From Chitinophagales bacterium (GTDB lineage: Bacteria; Bacteroidota; Bacteroidia; Chitinophagales; JADIYW01), in assembly GCA_044227665.1 (NCBI GenBank), contig JBGAWK010000007.1, positions 10,965-74,964 of the forward strand: a DNA stretch of 64,000 nt. Reading direction: 5' to 3'. Made by a program: the position numbers and the translations under genes. Positions within the stretch are counted from its first letter, which is position 1; each line of letters opens with the position of its first letter. The notes below the pieces were generated by a model, which saw nothing but the letters and a program-made list of their open reading frames with translations, made no database searches and was not told the DNA's origin. Shown one piece after another: positions 59,473-64,000 of the stretch.

Positions 59473-60588
59473 ATGAAAAAATCAATTTTTTTATTATTCG
59501 CCTTAGCGATAATCGTAGTATGGACATCTTGCTTGCCCGATGGTGGTGGGCAACCCTCGGCATATTATTCCCCAACTGCCACCAATGCCGCTAGGCTGTC
59601 AAAAGTAAGTGTAGCAGTTGGTATAAAGACAATGGCAGATAAAGCTAGTGCTACTCCTATGCTTCAATTTGCCTATGATAACCCTTCTGTAGGGAAAACA
59701 ACAATTACGAGACCAGATAGACAAGGAAGCTTTATATTTGATAAATTAAATGGGTTTCATGCGAATCCTTATGAGATGCCATTTGATTATACGTATAATT
59801 ATTTTACGTCGTATGGAAGTTCATCAGGACAAATAAGTTCTGAATTTAAAGTTAATAATACGCTAAATTGGGATTTTAAATATAACTTTTTTGCACCTGG
59901 AGTTGAAGTAGATGCCCCAAATAAATTTAAGCAAACTTTTACTGGTAAAGAAATAGTAATTGTACCTTCTGGCGGACCAAAATATAGTTATTCTTCTCAC
60001 GAATTTGTGTATTCCTATGGTGTAAGTAGCGATAAAAACCAGATTACACAAGTTTTGATTTCAAGCCATAATAAAAGATGGTATGATCCAACATTAACTG
60101 GTGTCGTACCACAAGATGGTAGTTTCAGAACAGTGGTAGTATACGGATATAACCCTGATATTAATAAAAATGCAACGAGAAATACTTTGTTTATTGCTAA
60201 TTCATTTATCTTATCTCATATTAAGCATAAAGAATTATATCCAACTACGATTCAAAATGGTATATTTAATAGTGAAACTTGGGATTTGTTATTAGGAAAG
60301 AAACCCACAATGACTCCAAGTTTGATACCTACAATTAATGGTATTATACCCACTCCTGCTTTACCAGGTGCCGATTATTATAATGGAGCTTTGGTGCCAT
60401 ATTGTTATTTAAAATATTTTGATATAGATTTTCAATACCAAACGTCTAGATCCCCTGTATCTGTTATTAATTATCTATTTGATGAGAATTATCAGAATGC
60501 TGATGGAACTAAATCTACGGTTGTGTCTGGAGTGGTTTTAAATACTGGAAGTGAAATTAAAACATACTTCTTTGATTATGTAAATTAA
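59473..60588 (+). CDS. Hypothetical lipoprotein
   Basis: Lipobox VWTSC, Tyr/Asn-rich sequence; no family recognised. Confidence 0.7.
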   Translation: MKKSIFLLFALAIIVVWTSCLPDGGGQPSAYYSPTATNAARLSKVSVAVGIKTMADKASATPMLQFAYDNPSVGKTTITRPDRQGSFIFDKLNGFHANPYEMPFDYTYNYFTSYGSSSGQISSEFKVNNTLNWDFKYNFFAPGVEVDAPNKFKQTFTGKEIVIVPSGGPKYSYSSHEFVYSYGVSSDKNQITQVLISSHNKRWYDPTLTGVVPQDGSFRTVVVYGYNPDINKNATRNTLFIANSFILSHIKHKELYPTTIQNGIFNSETWDLLLGKKPTMTPSLIPTINGIIPTPALPGADYYNGALVPYCYLKYFDIDFQYQTSRSPVSVINYLFDENYQNADGTKSTVVSGVVLNTGSEIKTYFFDYVN

Positions 60589-60620
60589 TTAGAATTCTGC
60601 TGAAAATATAAGCCCCCACA

Positions 60621-60689
60621 CCATTCACACTCAAAAACATACCATTCACTCAAAATCACGGAGTTTTTATGGAATAAGCATAATATTTG
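60621..60689 (+). promoter_or_regulatory. Second putative LytTR tandem binding site plus -7-like box
   Basis: CCATTCA at 60621 and 60642 (21-bp period). AATATTTG ends at 60689, the same 47-bp offset as in the first site. Confidence 0.7.
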
Positions 60690-60713
60690 TGTCTATATAT
60701 TAAAAATAATAAA

Positions 60714-63700
60714 ATGAAAAAAATTATATATATCCTATCTTTTTTTTTTAGCAATACTATCATAGCTCAAAATATAGAAGTAGCTAGAAATATTCAAATG
60801 ACTATAGGAACTTTATTTTATGAAAACGTAGATAACGACCCTGTAATATTCCCAACTACAGATGATATCATAGAAATCAATGGATTAGTTACCATGTCTA
60901 ATCAGCCAAATGCTTCTGTTAGCTATACGCTTAATCAAGTTATTCAGTCACCATCTCCCGATTTTACTGTATCTGGTTCACAAATACTTACCAATTATGT
61001 GTTGTTTAATAATCAAAATTATTGCTTATCTACATATCCATTAAACTATAGTTTTAATGCATGGGAAGAAGATGCAAATGATGGTGGTACTTATGGCGTA
61101 TATAATAGTACTATAGATGATAGTTATGCAAATGTAAATGGATCATATACTGCTGCAACTTTCCCAACTGGTAACTCTAATATTTTATTGACAGCACAAA
61201 ATGGGTTCGCAAAATATGATATATGGATTAGCACGTCTAATAATGAGTCAAGAATAGTGCCTGATATTGCAGCTACTCCTGCCGATAAGATAAATATATG
61301 TAGCGGACAAAATGCTGTAATAAATGTAAATTCTGCTAAATCTATGTCTGAATATAAAGTAAAATATGGCAATGATACGATTCCTGTGATAAGAGGTACA
61401 AATACACTCACTATCACCCCTGCCAATTTCCCACAATTGAGCGTAGCAGGAAATTATAGTTTTACTGTGTATGAAAAAGTATTAGGAAATTGCTATACTA
61501 GAGCAGGCACAGGTAATGTCGTAGTAAGTACACCATTACCAGCATTAAATCCTATTATGGCTTCTTCTAGTACTGTAATCTGTGGTGTTGATAGTGTGGG
61601 TTTAGTATATACGGGTAGTGCTTCTAGTCCTAGTATAAGAATATTTTGGCAAAAAGATGGTGTTACTCAAACCAGCCCAGTCTGTAATGCCAACTCAGCT
61701 TCATGTGCATTTTATGCCAACTCAGCAGGTACATATAGAGTAGGATATACTAATTCTTGTGGTACTGTATATTCTAACAATATTGTAATTACAGAAACTC
61801 CCCCTACAGGTAATCTAATTAAAGAAAATACAGTAAAATGTTTTGGAGAATCAATCGCTTTATTTGCTACGTTTTCTGCGGGTACAGATTCAATATTTTG
61901 GTATAATAACTTAGTACCTGTTGATACCACCATGACTACATCAGCACAAACTTCTGCTGGTATCTTAGTACAACAAAATGGATTTTATACATGTGTTTTT
62001 AAAAATAGGTGTGGGGCATCTAGTACAGGTTCAGTACAAGTTATCTTCGATTCACTTCCCTCCCCAAATATTATAACACCTGATGGCTCTTCATTCTGCG
62101 CAGGTGACAGTATTATTATATATTCTCCAGAAGCCGCTATTCCTACTACTTATCAATGGCGAAAGAATGGAATAAATTTAACAGGAAAAACCAATAGGTA
62201 CCTATTGGTAAAAGATGCAGGCACGTATAGCTGTGTACTTACCAATCGTTGTGGTACAACTACCTCCAAAAATATGATAGCCACTGTAGGAATACCTAAT
62301 AACACAATAGAAATTACCTCAGCAAATGGAAGAAATTATCTATGTAATGGTACTACATTAACATTGATTGTTCCTAGTAATCAAGCAATATCCTATCAGT
62401 GGAGAAAAAATGCTGTCAATATATCAGGTGCCATTAGTAATACATACGTTGCTAATACAGTAGGTACATATTCATGCGCTATAACGTATAATTGCGGAAA
62501 TAGAATCACTAATAACTTCGTAGTTATAGATAATTCTATTCCTACACCAACCATATCGGCGAGCAATACCACTATATGTAGTGGAGATTCTACATTACTT
62601 ACATGTTCAAGTGTACCAAATGCACAATATGTATGGCTATATGAGGGATTTCCTTTGCAAGTATATACACAAACATATTATGCAAAAATTGCAGGAAATT
62701 ATTCCTGCGGTGTTACAAATATATGTGGCGAAAGGTATTCTAATGTCATTACAGTTACAGTAGGAGGTGTGCGACCTACTGTAAATATAACTGCTGCTGG
62801 TGGCGATACGCACCTGTGCACAGGTGAATCTATAGTGCTTACTGCCACTGTAGCTAATGCCACTACCTACCAATGGAAAAAAGATGGCACAAATATATCG
62901 GGAGCAACAGCAATAAGCTATACTGCAACTACAGCAGGCACATATACTTGCGTAGTCACCAATAGTTGCGGCAATGTAACTTCAAATAATATAGTGCTTA
63001 CGCAAGGAGGATTACCAGTAGCATCTATCACCACTCCTGGAGGTAGCACATTGTTATGTCCCGGAGGCAGCGGTTTATTGATGACAGCTGCCGCCGGCAC
63101 AGGATACACCTATGTGTGGCGTAAAGATGGCATAATCATCACAGGAGCAACAGCAAATACCTATACGGCAACTACGGTGGGTACGTATGCATGTGCTATT
63201 ACCAATGCGTGTGGTACAACTTCTACAAGCAAGGTGCTTACTGCGGGTGTCGCCCCTACAGCTACACTAAGCAATCCAAGCGGAGTTACAATAATGTGTA
63301 ATAGCAATACCGTTCAACTTATAGCTAATACAGGCACAGGGCTTACTTATCAATGGAAAAAAGATGGCGTGAACATAGGGGTGGCTACCTCCCAATCATT
63401 TTATATCGCAAATACAGCGGGTACATATACCTGTATAGTCACAAATGCCTGCGGTAGTGCCACATCCAATAGCATAATATTAGTAAATGGAAATATTACT
63501 GCTGCTATTAGCACTGGCAACAGTACTTCCTTATGTAATGGTAGTACAGCTACATTAAATGCAAATTCAGGTACAGGATTAATATATCAATGGCTAAGGA
63601 ATGGCATCAATACAGGAAATGCTACGCAAACATATACTGTAAATACAGCAGGTACATACACTTGTGTAGTTTCAAATACTTGTGGTAGTAGTACTTCCAA

Positions 63701-64000
63701 TGCCATCATCATCACCTCTGGGTTAGCACCATCTGCTACTATTACATCTTCTAGCATAAACAATATATTATGTAGCGGCTCATCCATATCCTTATCTGCT
63801 AATATAGGTACTGGATTGACTTACCAGTGGTATAGAGGTGGTGGTGCAATTTCTGGAGCTGTATCCGCAAACTATTCGACATCATCTACAGGAAACTATA
63901 CCTGCATAGTGAGTAATTCATGTGGCAGCACTACCTCCAATACTATTACATTAATAGATGGAAACCCACCTACAGGTAATATTATAGCTACAGGAGGAGC
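60714..64000 (+). CDS. Large secreted Ig-like repeat protein, probable adhesin (runs off window; absent from ORF track)
   Basis: ATG 60714 MKKIIYILSFFFSNTIIAQ. The same frame carries about 11 units of ~80 aa: C..G...YQW.K(D/N)G...AGTY.C.VTN.CG. About 1095 codons are visible and I found no stop. Confidence 0.88.
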   Translation, partial: MKKIIYILSFFFSNTIIAQNIEVARNIQMTIGTLFYENVDNDPVIFPTTDDIIEINGLVTMSNQPNASVSYTLNQVIQSPSPDFTVSGSQILTNYVLFNNQNYCLSTYPLNYSFNAWEEDANDGGTYGVYNSTIDDSYANVNGSYTAATFPTGNSNILLTAQNGFAKYDIWISTSNNESRIVPDIAATPADKINICSGQNAVINVNSAKSMSEYKVKYGNDTIPVIRGTNTLTITPANFPQLSVAGNYSFTVYEKVLGNCYTRAGTGNVVVSTPLPALNPIMASSSTVICGVDSVGLVYTGSASSPSIRIFWQKDGVTQTSPVCNANSASCAFYANSAGTYRVGYTNSCGTVYSNNIVITETPPTGNLIKENTVKCFGESIALFATFSAGTDSIFWYNNLVPVDTTMTTSAQTSAGILVQQNGFYTCVFKNRCGASSTGSVQVIFDSLPSPNIITPDGSSFCAGDSIIIYSPEAAIPTTYQWRKNGINLTGKTNRYLLVKDAGTYSCVLTNRCGTTTSKNMIATVGIPNNTIEITSANGRNYLCNGTTLTLIVPSNQAISYQWRKNAVNISGAISNTYVANTVGTYSCAITYNCGNRITNNFVVIDNSIPTPTISASNTTICSGDSTLLTCSSVPNAQYVWLYEGFPLQVYTQTYYAKIAGNYSCGVTNICGERYSNVITVTVGGVRPTVNITAAGGDTHLCTGESIVLTATVANATTYQWKKDGTNISGATAISYTATTAGTYTCVVTNSCGNVTSNNIVLTQGGLPVASITTPGGSTLLCPGGSGLLMTAAAGTGYTYVWRKDGIIITGATANTYTATTVGTYACAITNACGTTSTSKVLTAGVAPTATLSNPSGVTIMCNSNTVQLIANTGTGLTYQWKKDGVNIGVATSQSFYIANTAGTYTCIVTNACGSATSNSIILVNGNITAAISTGNSTSLCNGSTATLNANSGTGLIYQWLRNGINTGNATQTYTVNTAGTYTCVVSNTCGSSTSNAIIITSGLAPSATITSSSINNILCSGSSISLSANIGTGLTYQWYRGGGAISGAVSANYSTSSTGNYTCIVSNSCGSTTSNTITLIDGNPPTGNIIATGG

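Noticed and set aside
59372..60653. CCATTCA repeats as CRISPR or IS ends
   Set aside because: Too short and only paired; the spacing and position fit transcription-factor sites.
1..64000. rRNA, tRNA, CRISPR array, transposase or integrase
   Set aside because: None recognised by eye and intergenic gaps are short. A tRNAscan/Infernal run would be needed to exclude small RNAs.

Overview
AT-rich Bacteroidota chromosomal segment; the lineage is inferred from the porP-gldKLMN type IX secretion/gliding operon, DUF4271-hemD, DUF2795, DUF3276 and repeated TAnnTTTG -7 promoter boxes. Most of the window is housekeeping: trpEG, dnaX, lptE-secG, prs-rplY, SurA-type PPIases with moxR, recA, wcaJ, tmk, purF, ompA, nfuA, hemJ and gltBD. 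Best candidate for an undescribed system is a three-gene minus-strand locus at 42799-47434. It encodes (i) a secreted transglutaminase-like Cys-His-Glu protein; (ii) a paralogous lipoprotein fused to an Rhs core (YDFGAR...DPDG) that lacks the usual YD-repeat shell and ends in a GIY-YIG-like nuclease tip; and (iii) a translationally coupled LRR protein in the immunity position. Other notable features: dnaX split at an A10/A-AAA-AAG site, so the long tau form needs -1 recoding; an rlmD-type gene with an internal deletion; a 38-codon membrane microprotein with its own promoter and terminator; and a 7TM-LytS/LytTR system whose likely tandem binding sites precede a lipoprotein and a >1095-aa Ig-repeat protein that the ORF track missed. 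No rRNA, tRNA, CRISPR or transposase was recognised. All calls come from motif recognition by eye; no searches were run.
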